DNA of 64,000 nt from a virus, in IMG/VR virus record IMGVR_UViG_3300021957_000004. One strand, written 5' to 3'. Below, one piece after another: positions 9,212 through 17,854 of the stretch. Below the pieces are notes generated by a model that saw only the letters and a list, made by a program, of their open reading frames with translations, ran no database searches and was not told the DNA's origin. The translations under genes and the position numbers were made by a program. Within the stretch, counting starts at the first letter, position 1. Every line of letters begins with the position of its first letter.

Positions 9212-9652
9212 TTGGATATTAATAAATTAAGAGAACAACTCATCATAGATGAAGGACAAGTGAATGAAATATATAATGATCACCTTGGTTATCCTACATT
9301 CGGCATTGGCCATCTCGTCTTGGAAGGAGACGCAGAACATGGGGCTTCGGTTGGCACTCCAGTCACAGAAGAACGTGTTAAAGCATGTTTTGAAAAAGAC
9401 GTAGAAACAGTAATTGGAGATTGTAAAATATTACATGATGCTTGGGATGGATATCCTGAAGAAGCTAAACAAGTAATAGCTAACATGATGTTCAATATGG
9501 GTAGAACAAGGTTAAGTAAATTTAAAAAACATAATACCGCACTGCAAAGTGGGGATTGGAAAACAGCCGCTGCAGAAGGAAGAGATTCCAGATGGTATAA
9601 ACAAGTGACAAATCGAGCAGAACGATTAATGTCAAGATTAGAGGAAATATAA
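9212..9652 (+). CDS. e: Lysozyme / endolysin (GH24, T4 e-like)
   Basis: DEG...YNDHLGYPTFGIGHL (E-x8-D-x5-T triad), NMMFNMG, SRWYKQVTNRAERL. TTG start at 9212 preferred (GAGGA RBS); the ORF track opens at 9185. Confidence 0.92.
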   Translation: MDINKLREQLIIDEGQVNEIYNDHLGYPTFGIGHLVLEGDAEHGASVGTPVTEERVKACFEKDVETVIGDCKILHDAWDGYPEEAKQVIANMMFNMGRTRLSKFKKHNTALQSGDWKTAAAEGRDSRWYKQVTNRAERLMSRLEEI

Positions 9653-9653
9653 A

Positions 9654-9905
9654 ATGTCAGTACTAAGATTATTAGGATCAGAAGGCAATTTAGGTTCAGC
9701 ATCTAATGTAGGTTTTGCTAAGTTAGTAAGAGTACTAAATAACAAAACATCTGTACAAGTTATCACACATAAAAACGCTGGTGGTACTACACTAGCTACA
9801 GTTACTTTAGCAGCCGGAGAAGTTGCTATGATAGCAAAGTCCGGATCAGATACATTAACAGGCGCAGCAACTTCACTAGCAGTTAGTGTTGGGTTTGCCA
9901 ATTAA
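9654..9905 (+). CDS. Hypothetical small beta-rich protein
   Basis: 83 aa ORF between lysozyme and iscU. Confidence 0.65.
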   Translation: MSVLRLLGSEGNLGSASNVGFAKLVRVLNNKTSVQVITHKNAGGTTLATVTLAAGEVAMIAKSGSDTLTGAATSLAVSVGFAN

Positions 9906-9910
9906 GAAAA

Positions 9911-10345
9911 ATGGCTTACTCAAGTAAGGTAGTAGATCGATTCGAAGATGTACTAAAGAATCCTGCCAAACATGGTGTTGGTAGATTCGACCCCAACGAT
10001 CCAAATGTTGTAACCGGTATGACTGGTGCTCCAGCATGCGGCGATGTTATGAAGTTGGATCTTAAATTAAATCCAGACACAGAAGAAATACTAGATGTTA
10101 AATTTAAAACATATGGGTGTGGAAGTGCAATTGCATCATCTACACTTTTTGTTGAAATGCTTAAAGGTAAAACAATTGCAGAAGCAAAACTTATTAAAGA
10201 TAAAGACATTGCAGCAGCACTTGAATTACCTCCAATCAAACTCCACTGTTCTGTATTAGCAGAAGATTCAATTAGACAAGCAATTACTAAATGGGAAGAA
10301 AAAGTTTCTCATCGTAAACACAATCAACATGATAGATCTAACTGA
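9911..10345 (+). CDS. iscU: Fe-S cluster scaffold protein IscU
   Basis: GAPACGDVM, KFKTYGCGSAIASS, LPPIKLHCSVLAED: three conserved Cys and an LPPVK-type motif. Confidence 0.95.
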   Translation: MAYSSKVVDRFEDVLKNPAKHGVGRFDPNDPNVVTGMTGAPACGDVMKLDLKLNPDTEEILDVKFKTYGCGSAIASSTLFVEMLKGKTIAEAKLIKDKDIAAALELPPIKLHCSVLAEDSIRQAITKWEEKVSHRKHNQHDRSN

Positions 10346-10646
10346 TGCTGCGATCAGTCAGGCGATTAGCCAAACGGAGAATAATGGCAACGATACTATT
10401 CGAGTTGGCATTACTGGCGGCGGGTGTACTGGTTATAAGTATGTTATCCGTTTCGCTGGCTCTATTCATTCAACAGATCACATCCTAGATTACGGCAAGT
10501 TTTCTATAGTAATAGATGAGGATTCTCTTCCTCTTTTAAAAGGTTCTACTCTTGACTATGTTCAGGAAGGACTTAATCAATCATATAAGATAATCAATCC
10601 CCAAGAAACTGCATCCTGCGGTTGCGGTGTTAGTATTTCATTCTAG
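10329..10646 (+). CDS. iscA: Fe-S cluster assembly accessory protein (IscA/HesB family)
   Basis: IRVGITGGGCTGYKY, GSTLDY, NPQETASCGCGVS. Confidence 0.93.
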   Translation: MIDLTDAAISQAISQTENNGNDTIRVGITGGGCTGYKYVIRFAGSIHSTDHILDYGKFSIVIDEDSLPLLKGSTLDYVQEGLNQSYKIINPQETASCGCGVSISF

Positions 10647-10658
10647 CACTTTAAATTA

Positions 10659-10666
10659 TATAAATA
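10659..10666 (+). promoter_or_regulatory. T4 late promoter heading the curli-cyclase cluster
   Basis: Exact TATAAATA, ending 5 bp before ATG 10672. Confidence 0.7.
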
Positions 10667-10671
10667 GATAC

Positions 10672-10965
10672 ATGGAAATATTTGAACTGATTATGGAAGT
10701 AGGTGCACCTGTTGCAGGCGCATTACTTATGGGTTATTTTATATTCCTAATATTAAAACAGATATTAGGTGGCTTGGTTGATTCGATTGCGACTTTAACT
10801 ATGTTCTGTAAGAGCTTAGAAACAAGAGTTACAACAATGAACAACGAGATGATTAAAATAGATCTATTAGTAAGTAGTGCATTAGAGCTTACTCCACCTG
10901 TCGATAGAGTTGCTAGAGCAAGTAACTTTGTTGAAGATGGCAAAATAGACGCAAGGAGAGATTAA
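10672..10965 (+). CDS. Small single-TM membrane protein 1
   Basis: N-terminal TM (GAPVAGALLMGYFIFLIL) followed by a coiled-coil-like region; ATG 10672. Confidence 0.75.
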   Translation: MEIFELIMEVGAPVAGALLMGYFIFLILKQILGGLVDSIATLTMFCKSLETRVTTMNNEMIKIDLLVSSALELTPPVDRVARASNFVEDGKIDARRD

Positions 10966-10966
10966 A

Positions 10967-11281
10967 ATGGAAGAGGTAGCTTTAGTTACTAGTAGCGATC
11001 CAACCATAGTATCACTTATTAATGATTATGGTTTTCCAATCGTACTTGCTGTCGGAATGGGATATTTTATCTACTACGTATGGCAATTTATTTCCAATGA
11101 ACTGGAACCTGAAATAGAAAAAATGCACTTTGCATTAATCAGGTTAATTGATCAGGTAAGAATGCTTGATCAAGATATGATTAGATTACAGCAAAAAGTA
11201 AATGTTGTTCTCGAATATAGGGAAAGACAAAAATTCCTAGAAGAAGCAGAAGGAAAAATAAAGAATGAAGAAACCACCTAG
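10967..11281 (+). CDS. Small single-TM membrane protein 2 (paralog of the preceding gene)
   Basis: GFPIVLAVGMGYFIYYVW TM plus coiled coil; shares GxP...MGYFI with ORF 10672. Confidence 0.75.
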   Translation: MEEVALVTSSDPTIVSLINDYGFPIVLAVGMGYFIYYVWQFISNELEPEIEKMHFALIRLIDQVRMLDQDMIRLQQKVNVVLEYRERQKFLEEAEGKIKNEETT

Positions 11282-11831
11282 CGCAGGAATGAATCCCTGG
11301 TTATTAACCGGAGTTATGTTTGTAGCAATCTTGCTACTTTCTTCTGTCAATATAAAGGCAGATGAGCTTGTACACGAATTTAAGAATCCGTCCTTTTCGG
11401 GGATTGGAAGTTCTGCCCATTACCTAACAGTAGAGAACCAAGAGAAATCTAGAAGAGATGCTATCAAAAAAGATATAGAAGCAGCTCTAAAACAGGCAGA
11501 AAGAGATGCAGAGAATACCACACTTGCTAAATTTATGCGTAACCTCGAAAGTAGGATTTACGCACAACTATCTAAACAACTGGTAGAAGAGTTATTTAAA
11601 ACATGTTCAGTAGAAGCAGTAGCAGCTGGAACTTGTTCAGAAACAACATTCGGTAGTTTTGTATTAGAAGGTAATACAATAACATATCAAAAAACAATGT
11701 GTGATGCATCCCTTTGGGCTTGTACTCAAGGAGATGATGTTATTGTTATGACAATCGTGGCAGAAGATGGAACAGAAACTCAAATAGTAATACCAATAGG
11801 TGCGGGGACAGTAGGCAGTGGAGATGGTTAG
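11265..11831 (+). CDS. csgF: Curli assembly protein CsgF-like
   Basis: Signal peptide then DELVHEFKNPSFSG (CsgF N-terminal NPxFxG motif); directly upstream of csgG. Confidence 0.85.
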   Translation: MKKPPSAGMNPWLLTGVMFVAILLLSSVNIKADELVHEFKNPSFSGIGSSAHYLTVENQEKSRRDAIKKDIEAALKQAERDAENTTLAKFMRNLESRIYAQLSKQLVEELFKTCSVEAVAAGTCSETTFGSFVLEGNTITYQKTMCDASLWACTQGDDVIVMTIVAEDGTETQIVIPIGAGTVGSGDG

Positions 11832-12789
11832 AAATCTATTTTTAATATCATTACTTGGCTTACTTGCCAGTTGTGCCTCTGTTGTACCTCCAGGAGGATT
11901 AAAATCTACTGGTTGCAATCCTAATTTAAATTTACAATGTGTAGAAGAACCACAAGTGGTTGAAATGCCTACACATAAAGAATTAAGAAGTTTACCGTCA
12001 CCAGCTAAACCGGTTGTTGTAGCTGTATATCAATATATGGACAAGACTGGGCAAAGAAAACAGAAAGGTAATGCAGCAATGTTTAGTACTGCAGTATCAC
12101 AGGGCGGTGAAACAATGCTAATCGATGCATTGAAAAGTGCTGGTGAAGGAACGTGGTTTAGAGTGGTAGAAAGAGTAGGATTAGATCACCTTACTCGAGA
12201 ACGACAGATCGTTCGTACTACTAGAGAACAGTATAACACTGATGGAAAAGATGAAACAGGTCTTGCTCCATTATTGTTCGCTGGAATTATTCTTGAAGGC
12301 GGTATCATAGGTTTTGATACTAATATTGAGACAGGAGGAATAGGAGCTAGAACGCTTGGTGTTGGTTACTCACAACAATACCGAAGAGATATAGTTACAG
12401 TATCCCTCCGAGCAGTGAGTACTTTAACTGGAGAAATCCTATTAAATGTACAGACATCAAAAACTATTCTGTCGATCGCAGATGGTTATGATGTATTTAA
12501 ATTCGTTGACTTAGATACCCAATTGATAGAGATCGAAGATGGTATGACAGAAAACGAATCAGTAACACGGTCGCTTCGCTCAACAATTGAAGCAGCTGTG
12601 TTGGAAATAATCTATCAGGGAGATGAACGAGGATTCTGGGAAATCAATTGGCCAGTAAATAAAATAATAGAAGGTAAAGTTGGTGAGATTATCGACGAAG
12701 CTGAAATTATTCTTACTAAGCCTATTGAAAAATCAGATCTACCTATTGAAGTTCCTACTCCTGATAATATAGAGGAAATAAGAGGATGA
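11818..12789 (+). CDS. csgG: Curli secretion channel CsgG
   Basis: Lipobox LLASC; VAVYQYMDKTGQRK, FSTAVSQG, WFRVVERVGLDHLTRERQI, EGGIIGFDTNIETGG, VSLRAVSTLTGEIL. Confidence 0.93.
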   Translation: MEMVRNLFLISLLGLLASCASVVPPGGLKSTGCNPNLNLQCVEEPQVVEMPTHKELRSLPSPAKPVVVAVYQYMDKTGQRKQKGNAAMFSTAVSQGGETMLIDALKSAGEGTWFRVVERVGLDHLTRERQIVRTTREQYNTDGKDETGLAPLLFAGIILEGGIIGFDTNIETGGIGARTLGVGYSQQYRRDIVTVSLRAVSTLTGEILLNVQTSKTILSIADGYDVFKFVDLDTQLIEIEDGMTENESVTRSLRSTIEAAVLEIIYQGDERGFWEINWPVNKIIEGKVGEIIDEAEIILTKPIEKSDLPIEVPTPDNIEEIRG

Positions 12790-13514
12790 AAATGTTTAAA
12801 AGATATATCGCATTTTTAATTTTATTATGCCCTGTGGTTTTATTTGCCGGAGTAAACGATAACGAAGTTAAGCTTGACCAGGCTGGTGACACACTTAAAT
12901 TATACATTGACCAAATAGGTTATGGTAATAAGATTTGTGGAACTATTTCATCTGGAGCTTGTGCTAGTGATTGGACACTAACCGGTAATACCGTAACAAT
13001 GGATATTGATATGATTGGTAATCTAAACCAAATCTTCGGTCCAACCTTATTTGATAGTACTGATGTTGACTTAAAGTTAACTGGTAATAGCAATATATGG
13101 GATTGGAACGTAGGCTATGGTGGAAGTGCTGATAGTTCAACATTAGATGTAGACATTACTGGAAACTCAAATACATTCGATATAGACTGGGCTTATTCAG
13201 CTTCAGCCGAAAGATTGGATTTTGATTTAGATATTACTGGTAGTTCAAACGTCTGGAATATTGATATTGAAAACGATGATGCAACTTGGAATGTTGATGT
13301 TGTAGGAAGTTCGAATAACTTCTTAACAACCCAATCCGATGGTGCTTATAATTCAATCACTATGGAATACATAGGTTCGAATGGAGACATCGATATATTA
13401 CAATCTTCAGGTACATGCCCAACGGGTATATCTGGATGTTACGGAGTTATAAATGCAGATTTTGATTCAGAGAATGCAATTATTGACATTAAGCAAAAAG
13501 ATACTGGCGACTAG
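12786..13514 (+). CDS. Secreted curlin-like beta-solenoid protein A
   Basis: Signal peptide; repeats such as IDQIGYGN, IDMIGNLN, LKLTGNSN, VDITGNSN, LDITGSSN, VDVVGSSN; directly after csgG. Confidence 0.7.
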   Translation: MKMFKRYIAFLILLCPVVLFAGVNDNEVKLDQAGDTLKLYIDQIGYGNKICGTISSGACASDWTLTGNTVTMDIDMIGNLNQIFGPTLFDSTDVDLKLTGNSNIWDWNVGYGGSADSSTLDVDITGNSNTFDIDWAYSASAERLDFDLDITGSSNVWNIDIENDDATWNVDVVGSSNNFLTTQSDGAYNSITMEYIGSNGDIDILQSSGTCPTGISGCYGVINADFDSENAIIDIKQKDTGD

Positions 13515-14616
13515 TTTATTAGTTAGTTCTTTTGCTTTTGCAGATAATATTGGTGATATAACAGAACACAAGGGCAGTGGTGGGATTACTCGCGAAGGTG
13601 AGAGCTTTACCACTGAACTTGGACTAGGTGTTCAACAACTGGACGCAATTGAAACGGCTAAAGGTCGGATTAAATTGACATTCCTAGATGATACAGTATT
13701 AAGGTTAGTAGAACACACAGAGGTTATACTAACTGAATACTATTTTGATCCAAATAATACTAAGAAAAATACTCTTGGTATGAAGTTTGTATCAGGTACT
13801 GCACGATTCGCTACGGGCGGATTAGGATTAGTACCAAAAGAGAATATAGTAATAACAACCCCAACAGCTACCATAGCAGTTAGGGGAACAGATTTTACTA
13901 CTACTGTGGATGAATTAGGCCGAAGTTTAGTTATACTTCTACCGGAAACAGAATGTACAATCGATGGAGATTGTTCACCATCTGGATCTATCACAGTAAC
14001 AAATGAAGGCGGTACAGTAGCTTTAACCGAAGCATACCAAGCAACAATGGTATCAAGCTTTGATAAAATACCTACACAGCCCGTTACATTAGATAATATA
14101 AATTTAAATATGATAGACAATATGTTTATCGTTTCTCCACCCCAGGAAATAAAAGAGGTGGTAGAAGAAGAAAGTAAAGGCTCAGACACTAGTACTTCTT
14201 TACTAGATTTTACTGAGCTAGATCAGGATTTATTAAAAGAAGAATGGGAAGAAGAAGATTTAGAATATACTGAACTTGATATGGATCTATTGGATGTAGA
14301 TTTCTTACAAGATGTTTTAGTTGCTATTGAAGAAGTTAATATATTAAAACGTAGTACTCAGTCAGCTAACAATTCATCAGGTACAGCTGATATTCAAGGA
14401 ACCATTTTAGGCTTTGATAAAGATACACAATATAATACTATCATAGATCAAGGTATGGGACAGATATGGTTTTATAGAGAGGTGAATGGAATCATTTCTG
14501 TAAAAATACCTATAGATAGTAACACAACATTAAGGAGCGAGAATGAGGGGAAAGAAAACCTTATCACTGTTGGCGATGGTCAGTCTATCGTTATCGTCAT
14601 ACGTCAAGGCGGGTGA
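13474..14616 (+). CDS. FecR-domain periplasmic protein
   Basis: Signal peptide; DAIETAKG, FLDDTVLRL, TPTATIAVRGTDF FecR motifs; acidic linker and beta-rich C-terminus. Start 13474 or 13453. Confidence 0.85.
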   Translation: MQLLTLSKKILATSLLVSSFAFADNIGDITEHKGSGGITREGESFTTELGLGVQQLDAIETAKGRIKLTFLDDTVLRLVEHTEVILTEYYFDPNNTKKNTLGMKFVSGTARFATGGLGLVPKENIVITTPTATIAVRGTDFTTTVDELGRSLVILLPETECTIDGDCSPSGSITVTNEGGTVALTEAYQATMVSSFDKIPTQPVTLDNINLNMIDNMFIVSPPQEIKEVVEEESKGSDTSTSLLDFTELDQDLLKEEWEEEDLEYTELDMDLLDVDFLQDVLVAIEEVNILKRSTQSANNSSGTADIQGTILGFDKDTQYNTIIDQGMGQIWFYREVNGIISVKIPIDSNTTLRSENEGKENLITVGDGQSIVIVIRQGG

Positions 14617-15355
14617 TGAACACAACCACGTAGAAATAGACCAAGTTAGTTCTAGTGATAACTTTAACCTGACTATAGAACAGATCGGGTATGAAACCCA
14701 TGCAAGATTCTCTTTTGACCACAATAACAATACTGTAAATCTTTTACAATCAGGAAACAATATGTATTTTGGATATTCAGATGCATGGGGTTCTGGTTAT
14801 AGTTGGGGTGGGGATTTAGATGGATTACGTAATGAGATAGATGTAAGACAAAAATGTTCTGTGACTGTTTGTAATGCTAATGATTTCCAATTTCACGTTT
14901 GGGGTGATGACAATAAAGTCGTATTCGGACAAGGATATGAAAACAATAATAGTACTACACCAAACTGGAATTATGACGGGACAGAGCCAGGTGGAAATTT
15001 TGTTAGATTAGATATTCACGGGGACAATAACGAATTTAAGGGAAGTCAAAAGCAGGATACGAATACTATATCCCATTCTATAATAGCAAATATATACACT
15101 GATAATAATGATGTATACGTTAAACAAATGCAAAATGGAAACAAATCATTTACTCTTACAATTAGAAATTCGCATGGTAATGAAGTTGACGTTGTACAGA
15201 AAAATGACGGAGCTCATACAGCAACAGTAAATTTATTAGGATCACAGCCAACAGATTTATCTTTAACACAATCAGGTAGTACAACCCAATCATATACGTT
15301 ATCCCAAAATTGCGTGACAGTTGGTGGTTGTAGTATATCAGTAACACAGAATTAG
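14543..15355 (+). CDS. Secreted curlin-like beta-solenoid protein B
   Basis: Signal peptide ending VKA; Q/G/N-patterned repeats (IEQIG, LLQSGNN, VKQMQNGN, VVQKNDG, LTQSGS); Cys pairs. Confidence 0.7.
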   Translation: MRGKKTLSLLAMVSLSLSSYVKAGDEHNHVEIDQVSSSDNFNLTIEQIGYETHARFSFDHNNNTVNLLQSGNNMYFGYSDAWGSGYSWGGDLDGLRNEIDVRQKCSVTVCNANDFQFHVWGDDNKVVFGQGYENNNSTTPNWNYDGTEPGGNFVRLDIHGDNNEFKGSQKQDTNTISHSIIANIYTDNNDVYVKQMQNGNKSFTLTIRNSHGNEVDVVQKNDGAHTATVNLLGSQPTDLSLTQSGSTTQSYTLSQNCVTVGGCSISVTQN

Positions 15356-15377
15356 TATTGCATAGTATAACACTTTT

Positions 15378-17225
15378 ATGAAATATATAACAACGATTTG
15401 GACAAGTATTGCACTTTGTATTGCACTTTTAGGCATAAGAGTTTTAGACCCAGTTTTAGTAGAACAATTAAGATTAAATAGTTTCGATCAATATATTCAG
15501 AGCTTACCCGACAAGGAATCCGATGTTGTTCTACTATCATTCGGAGAAGAAACTCTAGCTACATATGGCCAATACCCTTTTCCAAGACATACCTACGCAC
15601 AACTGATATCAGATCTAAGAGCTGCTAACGCTGGGATGATTGGGTTTACTATTATGTTTCCAGAAGCAGATAGGTTTGGTGGTGATGAGGTATTTATTTC
15701 CTGGGTAAACAATAACGGAGTCATTCTCGCGCAAGACGCGTCCTCTCGCGGGCGCTCGGATACGGCCCCGTACGTGGGTACGGCCACGCTCGGCGAGGGC
15801 GACGCGTACGACTTTGTTCCTAAATATAGTGGGTTAGTAACAAATATAAAAGAATTAGAAGACGCTGCATGGGGTGTAGGATTAATAAATGCAGGTCAAG
15901 AAGTAGATAATATAACAAGACGGATTCCTTTATTGTCCCAAATAAACGGACAGTTATATCCATCAATGCCTTTAGAAATCATAAGAGTAATACAAGATAA
16001 AAAGTCTTATTCACTAAAAGCAAACTATGATGGTATAGAAAATGTAATGATTCCACCATATGAACCTATTCAAACAGATTACAATAGTTCTATATGGTTA
16101 AATATGAATTATACTCATAAAGAATATGAATACGGTAAAGATGTATTACCTAATCTTCAAGGTCAAACAGTCTTGGTTGGTCTAACAGCAAGTGGCCTTG
16201 CTTCTCAAATACCAACTCCTCAAGGTTTGTTCTCTGCTCACCAATTGCAGGCGTCGGCACTTCAGACTGTGATAGATGGGAATTCGATATCTCGTCCTGG
16301 TTGGACATACTTAGTTGAATTGTTAGCTCTCGCCATAGGATCGGTTCTGATTGTTCTAGGGATATATCAGATGTCTGTCTTGACAGGTGCTGTATTCTCC
16401 GCCGTGATCGTGCTTGGCTACTCTGTATATGTTTGGTACGTCTGGACCTCAATGGGTATACTCCTTGATCTAACCTATCCTATAATAGTATATATACTTT
16501 CTTTTTCCTCAGCCGCATTTAATAATTTTTATATACAATTTAAATTAAGACAACAGATTAAAGGTCAATTCTCTACATACCTTTCTCCAGATATGGTTAA
16601 CATGCTAGTCAAAGATCCTAGCTTAATGAAGCTCGGTGGTGATAGAAAAGAAATGACATTCCTCTTTATGGATATATGTGGTTTTACCCCTATCTCGGAA
16701 TACTATAAGAACAATGATGATCCAGAAGGATTAGTAGAATTAGTCAATGAATTCCTAGATGCTATGACTACTATCATCTTATCCAACGGCGGAACCATCG
16801 ATAAATATATGGGTGACTGTATAATGGCATTTTGGAATGCTCCATTACCTTGTAAGAACCATGCTGAAATGGCAGTTAAGTCAGCAATAGAAATAGAAGA
16901 AAAAACAAATGAACTTAAAGAACTTTATAAAGAACGTGGCCTTCCCGATATTAACGTTGGCACTGGTGTTAACACCGGCGATTGCATTGTTGGTAATATG
17001 GGTAGTAAATCCAGATTTGATTATTCGGTCATTGGAGATGCAGTCAACCTTGCCGCCAGGCTCGAGGCTACCGCGGCTCGTCATGAGTATGTAGAATACA
17101 AAACCATTATATCATCCTTCACACAACAACTTCTTCCTCAGGGTTATGTCTCTCATAACATCGGAACCATCAAGGTTAAGGGTAAAGAAGAAGAAATCAC
17201 TATATATTCCCCTAAAAAGAAATAG
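15378..17225 (+). CDS. CHASE2-domain class III adenylate cyclase
   Basis: N-terminal TM, CHASE2-type region (GQYPFPRHTYAQLI, FPEADRFGGD, RRIPL), three TMs, FSTYLSP, FMDICGFT, IDKYMGDCIMAFW, RFDYSVIGDAVNLAARLE. Confidence 0.93.
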   Translation: MKYITTIWTSIALCIALLGIRVLDPVLVEQLRLNSFDQYIQSLPDKESDVVLLSFGEETLATYGQYPFPRHTYAQLISDLRAANAGMIGFTIMFPEADRFGGDEVFISWVNNNGVILAQDASSRGRSDTAPYVGTATLGEGDAYDFVPKYSGLVTNIKELEDAAWGVGLINAGQEVDNITRRIPLLSQINGQLYPSMPLEIIRVIQDKKSYSLKANYDGIENVMIPPYEPIQTDYNSSIWLNMNYTHKEYEYGKDVLPNLQGQTVLVGLTASGLASQIPTPQGLFSAHQLQASALQTVIDGNSISRPGWTYLVELLALAIGSVLIVLGIYQMSVLTGAVFSAVIVLGYSVYVWYVWTSMGILLDLTYPIIVYILSFSSAAFNNFYIQFKLRQQIKGQFSTYLSPDMVNMLVKDPSLMKLGGDRKEMTFLFMDICGFTPISEYYKNNDDPEGLVELVNEFLDAMTTIILSNGGTIDKYMGDCIMAFWNAPLPCKNHAEMAVKSAIEIEEKTNELKELYKERGLPDINVGTGVNTGDCIVGNMGSKSRFDYSVIGDAVNLAARLEATAARHEYVEYKTIISSFTQQLLPQGYVSHNIGTIKVKGKEEEITIYSPKKK

Positions 17226-17259
17226 TTTCGTCACAATCTCGTGAACTTTGCAAAAAAAG

Positions 17260-17289
17260 GTTTACATCCATGCTGTTTTACGGTATAAT
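17260..17289 (+). promoter_or_regulatory. T4-type early promoter
   Basis: GTTTACA-N17-TATAAT preceded by an A tract. Confidence 0.85.
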
Positions 17290-17318
17290 ACACCTATATT
17301 CAACAAAAAGGAGTTAAT

Positions 17319-17414
17319 ATGAAAACATTAAAAAAGCACGGATTACTAGATTCTGATTTTCTAGGGCCAATGATTACTTTGGCAGTATTTCTAATTATAG
17401 GAGAGATAGTATAA
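17319..17414 (+). CDS. Small membrane peptide (31 aa)
   Basis: MKTLKKHGLLDSDFLGPMITLAVFLIIGEIV; strong AAGGAG RBS; TAATG coupling to the next gene. Confidence 0.65.
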   Translation: MKTLKKHGLLDSDFLGPMITLAVFLIIGEIV

Positions 17415-17854
17415 TGAAAATAATATTTGACGTAGACGGAACACTTTTGGATATCGAACACAGAAGACATTTCGTAGAAGGTCCTAATAAAGACTGGGAT
17501 ACATTTATGGATCCAGCAGAAATGTTTAAGGACATTCCAAATCAACCAGTAGTTGATATAGCCATAGCTATGGAAAAAGCTGGACATGAAATAATCGTAG
17601 TTTCAGCAAGAAACGAAAGACATAGAACAGTTACAGAAAACAGTCTTAACAGTGCTGGTGTATTTAGATCAGCTCTTTTTCTAAGACCAGATGGTGACTT
17701 TAGAACAGATAGTGAATTTAAGCAAGAAGTTCTTGACAGTCTTATTGCTAACGATTGGAAACCTGATTTGGTCTTCGATGACAGAAATCAAGTGGTTAAC
17801 ATGTGGAGACAAAACGGTCTTACATGTGTACAAGTTGCAGAAGGTGACTTCTAA
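17414..17854 (+). CDS. HAD phosphatase (like the PseT 3'-phosphatase domain)
   Basis: IFDVDGT, VSAR, RPDGDFRTDSEFK, FDDRNQVVNMWR...QVAEGDF. Confidence 0.88.
   Translation: MKIIFDVDGTLLDIEHRRHFVEGPNKDWDTFMDPAEMFKDIPNQPVVDIAIAMEKAGHEIIVVSARNERHRTVTENSLNSAGVFRSALFLRPDGDFRTDSEFKQEVLDSLIANDWKPDLVFDDRNQVVNMWRQNGLTCVQVAEGDF

Noticed and set aside
15378-17225. Pycsar/CBASS-type defence cyclase
   Set aside because: CHASE2-TM receptor architecture, ATP-specifying residues and no adjacent cyclic-nucleotide effector gene.
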